A stretch of 64,000 nt of DNA from Isurus oxyrinchus (Eukaryota): the NCBI GenBank assembly GCA_026770705.1, contig JANJGN010000544.1:186001-250000 (forward strand). Reading direction: 5' to 3'. Under the pieces are notes generated by a model. It ran no database searches. It had not been told where the DNA came from and worked only from the letters and a program-made list of their open reading frames with translations. A program made the translations under genes and the position numbers. Numbering within the stretch: position 1 is the first letter of the stretch; every line of letters starts with the position of its first letter. Below, piece by piece: positions 50,472 through 60,902 of the stretch.

Positions 50472-51475
50472 AGGGGAGCGGACTGATTGGAGTCATACCT
50501 AGCACAAGGGAAAATAATTGCTTTTGCTGGAGGCCAAACACCCCACACCAGAGCATCGCTCTTGGACTTCCTCAGGAAAGTGTCCTAGGCCCAGCCATCC
50601 TCAGCTACTTCATCAATGACCTTATTTCCATAATCATGTCAGAAGTCGTGATGTTCATGAATGTTGGCGCAATTTTCAGCTTCATTCACTATTCCTCTGA
50701 TACTGAAGCAGTTCATGCCTCCATGCAGAAAAAAAACAAAACATTTGGACAATATTAAACCTTTGGCTGATGAGTGGAAAGTGACATAACGTGTTACAAG
50801 TGCCAGGCAGTGGCCATCTCCATCAAGAGAGAATCTAATCATCTCCCGTTGTCATTCATTGACATTACCATCGCAGAATCCAACACCAGCAACATTGTGG
50901 GGGCCACAGCAGTAAATTAAGTTAACTGAACCAGCAACATATATGAAGAATCTAGAAAAGGTCAGAGGCAGCACATTGTATGGCGAGCGACGCACCTCAT
51001 GTTTCTCCACAATCTGTCCACAATGTCCATGCAATTTTTAGGAAAGTGATTGAATATCTCAGCTTGCCTGGATCAGGGAATTTCCAACAAAACACTTCCC
51101 GAGCAGGCCCAAGGAACCACATTGTCTTCTCCTAATGCTAGTTCTTATATTCGGAAGAAAGAAGACACCATGTAGGAAAAATCATTGCGCCTGATTGGCC
51201 ATCCCATCCGGCATTTATAAACCCATTCCCTCCAGCACCACTGCACAAATACAGCTGTGTGCACCATCTACGAAATGCACTGTGGCAACTCGCCAACTGT
51301 TCTTTGACAGTGCCGTGCAAGCCCCTGACTGCTAACACCTAGAGGAACAAGTGTGACAGACCCATGGAAAGACCTATAAGTTCCCCTCAAGGCCAAACAC
51401 CACATTGGCTTGGAAATATATTGTTCTTTCTTCACTGTCGCTGGGTCACAACGCTGAAACCCCTATTTTACAGCA
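49325..51475 (+). mobile_element. Family B LINE, decayed endonuclease-RT remnant
   Basis: PDIVML, NFNAHQQEWL, GLPQESVLGPAILSYFINDL. Contains a poly-G run at 50440-50470. Confidence 0.8.
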
Positions 51476-51479
51476 ATGA

Positions 51480-53240
51480 ATCATCGGGTCATAGAAATCA
51501 ACAATACAATTTGTCTCAGCAAACAAGCAGTAAACAGCCTTGTCAACTGTCCAGCTCTTGGTCTGCAACCTTTTAGGTTGTTTCACTTCAAGTTTTTACA
51601 ACCCTTTCGCATCATGAGTTTTAGATTCCCATCATCCTTTGGGTGAAAACATTTGCCATGACCTATTTATTCTTGGATGAAAGGGTCGACAGTACTTTAG
51701 CCAGATTTGCTGATGATGCCAAGCTGGAAAGGGAAACAGGTTCTGAGGATGGATACAAAGAGGCCACAATGACATATTGGCAAGCTAAGTGATTGTACTG
51801 AAATTTGGCGCATGCAATATAAGGTTGGAAAAATATGAGTTTGCCTAATTTTGCCGGATAAGTCGAAAGGCAACATGTTATTTAAATTGAAAGGCTGCAG
51901 AATTCTTTGGTGCAGAGAGATCTGTGTGTATTTGTACACGGATCACAGAAAGCATGCGGGCACAGCAAGAGTTAGGGAGACAAATAGAATAATCCCCTTT
52001 ATGCAGCCTTATCTTATCTCAGCTTCCTTTGTTCAAAAGTAAACAATCCTAACCTGTCCTCCCAAATAGCAATCCTCCTGCAGCTGAGGCAACGACATCG
52101 TAAATCTCCACTGTAACGTTTCTTGCCCAATCACAAATTTCCGATCGTTCCTGGCCCAGGGTTGCACCGAACACTCAAACTCGGGCTTAACTAGTGCTTT
52201 ACACAGTTCCAACAGAACGTCTCCACTCGTATTTTCTATGCCTCGGAGAATAAAGAATCCCATCTGTTTCTTGATCACCTTATCTACCTGTCCAGACACC
52301 CTTAGGAATCTCTGCATTCTGTAGTCCCACTTTAATTCTCAGTGTCGTATCATTCATGAATCAGTGGAATTCACTAGTTCAGAATGCACTGGATGCCGGG
52401 ATGCTGAATAAATTTAAGGAGGAGATGACAGATTTTCACTTAGTAACGGGTTGAAAGGTTATGGGGAGAGGCTGGGAAATTGGAGTTTAGGCCGAAATGA
52501 GGTCAGCCATGATCGTAATGAATAGCGGCGCAGGCTCGAGGGACTGAATTGCCAACTCTTGCTCCTAGTTCTTATGTCTTATTTACTGTTTATTACTTTA
52601 TCTTGTTAGCTTTCCTTAAATGCACTACCTCGCAAACATCTCTAAGCCATTCTTATGTCTACCTGACAGGTCGATTTCCTGCAGTATACAGCTTTCTGCT
52701 CAATTCTTAATCACACAGCCAATTTGTGTATCATCTTAATCATGCTCTTTTCAGTCATGTGCAAGTAATTGATATATGCAAGAAAAGGCAAGTATCCTAT
52801 TACCAAGGCCTGGGGGATACCACTCCCATTAACAGAAACACTCTGTGTCATTCACCGTTTGCTTCCTGGCACTGAACCAATTTTGGATTTACCTCGCCGC
52901 TTTGCCTTGGATCACATTGGCTTCTAATTTCGGAACCGCTCTGCCATGTAGAACCTGGTCATTTTAAAATCCACATAGACTACATCGAATGCATTGTATC
53001 CATCAGCACTCCTTATTATCCCTTCAAAACATTTATGCATAATAGTCAGACTCGCCCTTCCTTTAACAAATTCTTGCTGTCCAGGTTTGTTTAGGCAGTG
53101 TCATTCTAAATGTAGATGCACCCTGTCTCTTAGAATGTTCTCCTTCCAATACTATTCCCTGCTCCAAGATTATATTCAGTGTCCTGTAATTACTCAGTCT
53201 ATACCTTTGTGCGTTTTGAACAAAGGCACAACGTTAGCTG
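51480..53240. mobile_element. Cluster of nested CR1 fragments in both orientations
   Basis: RFADDAKL (+, ~51700), ELCKALVKPEFECSVQPW (-, 52033-52317), a CR1 tail (+, 52380-52575) and an RT piece (-, 52580-53240). Confidence 0.75.
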
Positions 53241-53595
53241 CCTTCTCGCCCTGTCTCAGTGCCTTAAGTTTCAAAGGATTATAAAGTGATGGTGGTTCCT
53301 ATGCCGAGGGTACAATTTGGGCGAGCCTTGATATTTATGCATTTTAAAAGGTATGCAACCGCTTGATACTTTCAAGATGGTGGCAATTCGCCATTTCTCA
53401 AGGAGAACTGGGAATGGGTAGAGATGTTTGACTTAACAACTATTCCAAATCGGTCGATAATTAATAAGTAAAACATTAGAAACTGTCTAATGTAATATAA
53501 ACCACCCATGCCCATCCCTACATTACACTGGGTCCTTTTTCAGTTATCACCGCCTGAGGCAGTGCTGGTTTGGTATAATTTAGGCAAACCAATTT

Positions 53596-53631
53596 GCACT
53601 GTCACCTGGTGGCCAATCATTGCCATTACTG
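53596..53631 (-). promoter_or_regulatory. CTCF-like site in inverted repeat terminus
   Basis: Minus strand CAGTAATGGC-aatgat-TGGCCACCAGGTGACAGTGC. Confidence 0.6.
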
Positions 53632-54289
53632 CTATCGTGAAAATGTCGACGTTCGTAATGTTGTTGTTGGAAACGTATCAACAAACAAATTTGCACTAAT
53701 ATTCCAGTCAACGCATTTTTAATGAAAGGGAATTAAATGCTGTGAAAATAACTGGTGAAGCAAATCCGCTTTGTGGATGTAAATTGCAAACATTAGGAAT
53801 AATGTGTTTTGTATGGACACACTCACAGACACAAATAGACACAAATTCAGATGTTCAGGCTCGGTCACACAACCAGTTGCCACGGAAAACGTGAATGTAA
53901 AGGCCCTCAGGAGAAACATTCCTTAACATTAAAACACGGTGTACAATAGCCACAACAGAGATTTCCACTATTCAGTATAAACTGCAGTGCACTCTGGCTC
54001 ACCTTGACTTCAGTCCCTCAATCCAGTTCAAATTTCCGAGATTGTCATAAGATTCGACCAGTACTTTCAACAAAACTGTTACATTACACCAGAGCAATGG
54101 GAAATTGTACACAGCTCCTGATGGCTGTGACAAAGACTAAACGTATTTTACAACAAACATAAATCCATCTTCCCACCCAGTCAAATATATGTTCTTTAAT
54201 TATTATGAGACATACTTCTCCCTTCATCCATCTGCCTATTTACCTATCACAGAAAAATGCTGTACCACAATAACTGACATTGGCAATAA

Positions 54290-55260
54290 ATTAATATAAA
54301 CAGAGTGCCCAGTGCTGTCATTACAGAAAGGGGGCCTTATTTAACATGAACAGCGATAAGGACTCCTGCACTCTGAGCAGTTTAGTCCATGAATAACTAT
54401 GGCAGACCCTGTCGAATATAAACAGGGAGATGGCCTCATACAATTTAAAGGTGGGCATAAAATAGTGCAGAAATAAAGGAGAAAGTGTCTAGTGTAATAT
54501 AAATAAGGACATGGATGAGTGCAATATAACCAGACACATGCTTCAGTGCAGCAATAATTGAAAAAGGCCCTAGTGTAAAGGATGGAAGGGCACAGAGTTT
54601 ATTGCACTAATGTCCGTGACTGGACCCAGTAGAATATGGACGGAGACATGGTCAGGTTATGGCCTTGCAAACCCCTTCAGAAACTTGAACACATCTTTTA
54701 AAACATCTCTTAACTCTCTCTGCTCTAGGATGCTATTTCTATCGTTTTTCCACATAACGGAAGCCTCTCACCCCATTCTGGTAATACCTTCGACAGCATC
54801 TTCAGAACCGGAGAGCTCTGCGACATAGAAGGACAAGGACAGCAGGTGAATGGAAGCACCAACACCTGCTAGTGCCGCTCCAAGTCACACACAATATTCT
54901 GATTTGGAAATATAGATTTTTTTCCTTCGTTGTTATTGAGTCAAAACCCCAAAGCTCCCTTCCCACCAGCACTGTTTTTGGATTTGAAACACACACAAGG
55001 CGGCTCACCAACACATCTCCGGGGCAATTAGGTATGGCTAGTAAATGTCGGCCTTGACAGAAATGTCAACATCTGAGAATGAAGTAGAACTAGCAATAAC
55101 TGAGTGAAGGTCTGCTGTGATATAAACATAGACATGCTATGGAGCAGTAATAATTGAGGCAGTGTATGTATGTTTCCATGGAAGCAATCGCGCTAGCACT
55201 GCCACATGGTGGCGAAAGATTGCCATTGCTGTTACTGTAAAATGCCTTCATCAGTTATTG
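54290..55260. repeat. 27-bp array ending in an inverted composite-repeat terminus (family B tail inserted at ~54800-55085)
   Basis: 55143-55250 is the reverse complement of the terminus seen at 2345-2452 and 18126-18250. Confidence 0.6.
55196..55231 (-). promoter_or_regulatory. CTCF-like site in inverted repeat terminus
   Basis: Minus strand CAGCAATGGC-aatctt-TCGCCACCATGTGGCAGTGC. Confidence 0.5.
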
Positions 55261-55486
55261 TCTCTTATATTAACGCACCAAAACCAAGCTACAATGATAT
55301 ACAAGATCATTACATTCTACAGGGGGTGGCAAAGGATAACAATGCAAAAGATTCCATCTGAGTGAAGCTTTGTTGCGCAAAGAAACATTAGCAAAAGGAC
55401 AACGTGGTTCAAATCCTGTTAATTTATATTAATGTACATTTATTGGCGTTAATTGAAGGGAGGACTTTTGATCAGGGAACATTTCT

Positions 55487-55622
55487 TGTGTGTGTGTGTG
55501 TGTGTGTACGTCTGTGTGTGTGCGTGTGTCTGTGAGTGTGTATGTGCGCGTATGTGTACGTCTCTGTTTGTCTGCCCGTATCTCTGTGTGTCTGCTTGTT
55601 TACTTATGTGCCTGTGCGTGTT
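55487..55622. repeat. Imperfect (TG)n microsatellite
   Basis: Directly visible. Confidence 0.9.
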
Positions 55623-56049
55623 TGTCTAAACACATCATTCTTAATGTTTCCATGCGAATTCTGCAAAGGTAAATGATTATGTTTTCCAGTTATGTTTCTA
55701 TATTTTATTCCCTTTGATTAAAAATATAATTTTAGGTCCTGTAATATCCTTAATGTGCATTGATTATCCATTTATTTTGTTCTCATATTTAGATCGCATT
55801 GTCCCACCGATCTGTTACCAAGGCAATGTCTGTCTGTCCTCAGAAATCATTTGTGAAAAGTGATTACATCGGAGCATGCATAACGTGTATGAATACATTG
55901 TTCTCTGTGACAGATTGTTAGTTGATCATCAGCGCATCTCACGGGACCTTGTATTGATTTCGGCATGTTGAAGTAAAAGTGAGAATCTCACTATCCGTGA
56001 CCTGAGATTAATAAAACATTTCCTTCAGTCAGAAAGAAAACGAATTATA

Positions 56050-56610
56050 TCCAACAACCGTTTGCAACTATATAGCCCTTTTAATGTCGTAAATCGCTGC
56101 ATGTTGACTCACCAGACCACTAACAGGCCAAATTTGACACCGAGTCACGTAAGGAGACACAAGGACGGATGACCATACATTAGGTCAACGATGTAACTTT
56201 TAGTGAGAATAGTAAAGGAGGAGAGAGGGAGAAGGGGTTTAAGGCAGTTGGCAACAAGTGATAAAATTCACGATGCAAAAGATGTGAGAATTCGAGGAGG
56301 GAAGGAATCTCGGAGAATTATGGGACTGAAGGAGCTGACCGGGACGGAGGTGGTGGTGGTGAGGTCGGGGGAGAGGTGGTGGAGGCCATGGAGGGAGATT
56401 AACAACTGCGATAATTTTATTACTGATGCATTACTTAACCGAGAGCCGCCGTGGATCAGGGAGAACAGGGTTGATGGGCTAACGGGACATGTGTGCATTA
56501 AGATATGGGCAAGAGCATTTAGCTTGAGCTCCTATTTATAGAAGGTAGACTCTGGGGGGATGGTCAGGAAACCATTGGAATATTCAGGTCAAGAAGTGAC
56601 GAAGAGATCG
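56050..56610 (-). mobile_element. L2 LINE 3' fragment
   Basis: L2-like tail and the purine-rich body typical of antisense L2. Confidence 0.55.
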
Positions 56611-56639
56611 ATGGGAGTTTTAGTCCACTGCCTTGTTAT

Positions 56640-57200
56640 GATGACCCAGATACAGGGAATAATTAATTGGGTTTCTGCTCCCATGTCTGTCGGTGTCATA
56701 TAGGACCAGTAACAAATAATCATTCCTAGGGTTTGTGCTCGCATGACTGCAGTATCAAATAGGCCCAACATCTGGAGATAATGCCCAGGGCTTGTGATTC
56801 AATGTGCGTCTGTGTGACTTGGGACCAGCCCCTGGGAATCATTAATATGACGTGTGATTCAAGGGCACTTCGTATCAGATAATCCCTGCACCTATTAGCA
56901 ATTCCCAGGTTTTGAACAACTAAACGGACATACATCAGAAAATCCAGGTTCTGAGGACAATTCCCAGCGGTTATGTTCCCTGGTGAGTTTGCTGGACCTA
57001 AGTGTTTGATACTAACCCCAGGATTTATGCTCCCTGATGCTTCTAATATCCCCCAGTCTCTCGGAATCACATTCAGGATTTGTGCTCCCTGGAGCGTCAG
57101 ATGGTTTCTGTCACAATAGCCTCATGATCTGAGAATCTTTCCTAGGATTCACACCCTGGTACTTCAGAGAGGATACAGGTTCTGGGAAACAATCTCAAGC
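56640..57200. repeat. Highly degenerate ~55-60-bp minisatellite
   Basis: Recurrent aat..ttcc.agg.tttgtgctcc motif. Confidence 0.5.
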
Positions 57201-58579
57201 TATGAATTCATTCGAAATGAACGTCCATATACCCAATGGAGATGAGCCTGCACTGTTTGGGCACATTGTTGCTGGGCAGATCTGTGTATAAATAGGTTCC
57301 TTTGCTCACAGCTGGGTTCTTGTTGCCTTGCTATATTTGATCAGCGGGCAGGAAACTGATTGTTGAAGTTTCTGCACAGCAGCCACAGATGTTTCCTGTA
57401 AACTGAAATGTGAATGTTCTCTCCTCCCTGATGGTAGAATGCTGGATTCCTGCCACTGCCTGTTGGGCAGAGATATGGGATGAACGTGTTCAACAAACTG
57501 GGAATAAATTTATCAGCAAATGAATCGTTAGGCAATATTAATCTAAATTGCATTTCTTATGAGATGATACTAAGGAAACTGCGTTTTGTGTATGGCAGAT
57601 GCAGAACAGACTAAATGCGACAACAACAATGCAATGAGTTTGCGATTTTCATTATTTAAGGTCAATTTGATTCTGATAATTGCGAAGTTCTTTTACAATC
57701 CTGTAGAAGGGAATGCCAGCTGAGCTGGTATCACACAGATATAAAGAACACATTAACTACTCTGATAATAATGTTTGATTCATTTAATAATTTTGTAATT
57801 TACCCAATGGTCTGCAGACGGCAGAGTTACAATCCCAATCTGGAGACTGACTGGGAACTCAAATTATTCACTGAAATGTTAGTATAATTGTAATGGCAGG
57901 CTTTATATTTTCACATGTAACCTGTTGGCACATTTGGTCTTGGCACCTGAAAAGCTTAGCACAACTGGCTTGATGTCACCATAATTTCAATGATTTCTCA
58001 TCCTTGGTGCAAATTAACAACATCAAAAAAAAAATCAAACTCGTGATGCCCCAAATCTCTGAATATAATTTATGGTTTAGTGGGGTCACTTAGATCGATA
58101 TTGTTTTATCTGCGTTGCTAAATATTTCCCAATGGTTTGTGGGATAAATCTGTCACATCAATTAGAAAGGTAGACATGTTGATTTAATTCTTAGCTAAAC
58201 AGGGTTCGGCTGGACAGTGCAGCCTCATCACACATACATTCCTCGGTGCAAATCTCAACTTCTCTCATTTAAAATCATTCACTGTGAAATGAAAGAACAA
58301 TATTCACACTGGTGACCTGAAATCCAGTGGAAAATTGATTCACGGAGGATTGTTTTAAAGTGAAGCTTCACATTTCACGATGGATTATATCTGAAATTAA
58401 GTGACATTATTCCGAAACTGTCGATGTCCTGGGACAAATATAATGGTTTTCTCTGGACAAATATCAGTAACATTTGTATCTTTTATCACACAGATAGGGG
58501 AACATGGAAATAAAGAAGACATACAGTTAAACAGTGCATTTCACAACCACAGGTCAACTTAAAGCGCTTTATAGGCAAT

Positions 58580-58870
58580 GAAGATTTGTTTGTTTATTTA
58601 TAAACCTATAATCACCATTGTATTGCAAGGAAAGACGACCGTGAAGTTACGTATAGGAGGGTCCAACAAACTGCGCTGTGATAAATCACCAGATAAGCTG
58701 ATTTTGGGATGTTGGCTGAACGAGAAATATTGGCCCCAGGGGATTTCTCCCTTCATCTTCGGAATAATTCCGTGGGTGTGTTTAGGTCCTTCTGAGAGCA
58801 ATTGGACACTGAGTACATGTGAGGTGTTTATTGGGAATGTAAAGATTCGCACTGAATCAATTTAAACCTG
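58580..58870 (-). mobile_element. Old DeuSINE/L2-tailed SINE fragment
   Basis: gatgttgg.tga.....aaatattggcc..agg...ctccc...tcttcg.aata.t.cc.tggg block. Confidence 0.45.
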
Positions 58871-59081
58871 CTTTAGAGAGAGAGTATCACATCCCAAAGG
58901 ATAAACAGACAATCAAAAATATACGTTTGTGGAACACGGAATATTTATTGTTAATAATTGTTTATACAGCTGGACCCAGACAGGAAAAGAGAGGAGGAGT
59001 CAGGCTGTTAACTGGGGGAGGAGAGTGACACCCATTCTCCAGCTCTGTCTCTCTCTCTCTCTCTTATTTGACTCTAGCCGG

Positions 59082-59089
59082 TATAAATA
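59082..59089 (+). promoter_or_regulatory. TATA box of the VH promoter
   Basis: TATAAATA ~98 bp upstream of the leader ATG. Confidence 0.75.
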
Positions 59090-59179
59090 GCGGGATGGTT
59101 CAGCTCCAGGTTCACAATCTGCTGGTGTCGCTGCGACGGAGAGTCACGCTCCCAAGTCAGTTATACCCAGGGACTGAGG

Positions 59180-59225
59180 ATGGGATTTGCGCTGTGCCTT
59201 TGCTTCTTCTTGGCTTACTTCACCT
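59180..59225 (+). CDS. IGHV: Ig heavy-chain leader exon (MGFALCLCFFLAYFT)
   Basis: 46-nt exon, ATG in good context, hydrophobic peptide, phase-1 donor T|GTAAGT. The 126-nt intron ends ttttttccattcgctgacag. Confidence 0.93.
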
Positions 59226-59351
59226 GTAAGTACCCCGACTGTATAAGTGATACAACAGAAGTCTGCTTCTTTTCTGATATCGCGCTGCTATTTCCATTCA
59301 CTGATTTGATTGTTTTTTTAATGTAATTACATTTTTTCCATTCGCTGACAG

Positions 59352-59652
59352 ATGTCCAATCCGCCATCGTGCTGACCCAGCCAGCTTCAGAGACCGCTAA
59401 GCCTGGAGATTCTCGCAAACTGTCCTGTTCGGTAAGCGGGTTCAGTCTGGACAGCTACTATGTGAACTGGGTTAAACAAGTTCCTGGGAAAGGGCTGAGT
59501 GGCTCCTTGCTTACAGAAAACCCTCAGATACCACGTATTACGCGCCTGGAGTCGAAGGTCGAATCATCCCATCAAGAACTTCGTCCACAGCTTACATTGA
59601 GATCAAAAATCTGAGATCCGAAGACACCGCGAGGTATTACTGTGCAGGAGGC
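59352..59652 (+). pseudogene. IGHV: Immunoglobulin VH segment, IgW-like, with a 1-nt frameshift as assembled
   Basis: Restoring one G after 59497 gives [100 protein letters not shown], with both Cys, the FR2 Trp and YYC. FR2/FR3 resemble shark IgW more than IgM (isotype call ~0.75). Confidence 0.95.
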
Positions 59653-59691
59653 CACAGCGACCTGAACAAGCCCAGAGCTCGTACAGAAACC
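59653..59691 (+). other. V 23-RSS
   Basis: CACAGCG - 23 nt - ACAGAAACC. Confidence 0.93.
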
Positions 59692-60042
59692 GCAGAGGAA
59701 TAATTGCAGTGAATCATAGGTCAGTGTTAGCTCAAAATAAGTTAAGAGATGTGTTTGAACCTCGATTGAAAAGTTACATTTTCCAAAGCAATAAAGTGGC
59801 GAAGAATAAAAACAAAATGTTGACTAACTGTATATTAAAAAGCATAGTTACCGCTTAGAATGTGCACAACTGATGACTAGGAGCAAATTGAAATATTGAC
59901 AAATTATTACGTGAATGGGGATAATTTTAGCTCAAGGTTCTGCTCCTGATTAAAACTCTTGAATGAATTGTAATCAAAATCTGCAAATCTTCTGCTGACT
60001 GAAAGGTTTTATTTCTTATAGCAACAATCAATGAGTGAGAGC

Positions 60043-60070
60043 AGTATCTGTGCTGGTTCGTGTCACTGTG
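60043..60070 (-). other. D1 5' 12-RSS
   Basis: AGTATCTGT - 12 nt - CACTGTG. Confidence 0.9.
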
Positions 60071-60084
60071 GTACTACAGTGCGT
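60071..60084 (+). other. IGHD: Ig heavy-chain D1 segment (GTACTACAGTGCGT)
   Basis: 14 nt between 12- and 22-spacer RSS. Resembles the elasmobranch D1 core TACTACAGTG. Confidence 0.92.
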
Positions 60085-60122
60085 CACGGTGCTGTGTATA
60101 GTGAACTCCTCATACAAATACC
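60085..60122 (+). other. D1 3' 22-RSS
   Basis: CACGGTG - 22 nt - ACAAATACC. Confidence 0.9.
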
Positions 60123-60430
60123 CCAGAGAGGGACTTTGATCAAAGCTGCGATCAGTATCACAGCAGGAAAGTCAAAGAAAATAAAATGACCAACAATAAG
60201 GGTTTTAAGGATTTACGAAAAAATGTATAAAAGTCTCCGAATTTACTAATTTTGATTGTCTTGCTAAATAGGGGCACAGTTGTTAAAGGCGTATTTCGAT
60301 CCGCTTTATAAACATAATGAAGAGTTCTAACTGAAATATCACTGTAATGTATTCCTAGAGTATTCAGAATCAGGTTTCTCAGACCGCTGTGGATTTGAAT
60401 CTCTGTATTTCACATTTAACAGTCCGCCGC

Positions 60431-60458
60431 AGTTTCTGACATGGTGCGTCTCACAGTG
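60431..60458 (-). other. D2 5' 12-RSS
   Basis: AGTTTCTGA - 12 nt - CACAGTG. Confidence 0.85.
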
Positions 60459-60469
60459 ATGTTGGATGG
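60459..60469 (+). other. IGHD: Ig heavy-chain D2 segment (ATGTTGGATGG)
   Basis: 11 nt flanked by two 12-spacer RSS. Confidence 0.9.
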
Positions 60470-60497
60470 CACAGTCGTTACTGTTAATGCAAAAACC
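60470..60497 (+). other. D2 3' 12-RSS
   Basis: CACAGTC - 12 nt - GCAAAAACC. Confidence 0.9.
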
Positions 60498-60815
60498 TCG
60501 TCGGGGCAAATTGATTGCATTTCAGTCGATGCATTTTTTTTTACAGTACAACGATATTAAACAAACTCCTATCTGTGCCTGGAGCTCCCCCACTGACAAG
60601 AGGTGCTAAAGTGTTAATTATTAAATCAGTGGTTGCTGATTTCAATGCATGATCATCAGATACTCTGTGAATTACAAATAAAACAGTTTAATTTATAAAG
60701 TTTTAAAAATATTTCGCAATTTTACATTTTTGATAAAGTCAATCATGATTTTACTTTGCCTCTCGGTTTGTAACATTTAAATTAATATTGAATTTCTCCC
60801 CTTGTGTGCAGAACT

Positions 60816-60854
60816 GGTTATTGTGTGACTCAGATCAGCGAATGTAACACAGTG
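60816..60854 (-). other. J 23-RSS
   Basis: GGTTATTGT - 23 nt - CACAGTG. Confidence 0.9.
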
Positions 60855-60902
60855 ACTATATGGATTACTGGGGCCAAGGAACCATGGTGACGGTGACTGC
60901 AG
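60855..60902 (+). CDS. IGHJ: Ig heavy-chain JH segment (YMDYWGQGTMVTVTA)
   Basis: WGQG motif, phase-1 donor G|GTAAGA, upstream 23-RSS. Confidence 0.96.

Noticed and set aside
60568-60600. Possible third D segment (tatctgt...cactgac)
   Set aside because: Poor heptamer, wrong spacer and no 3' RSS.
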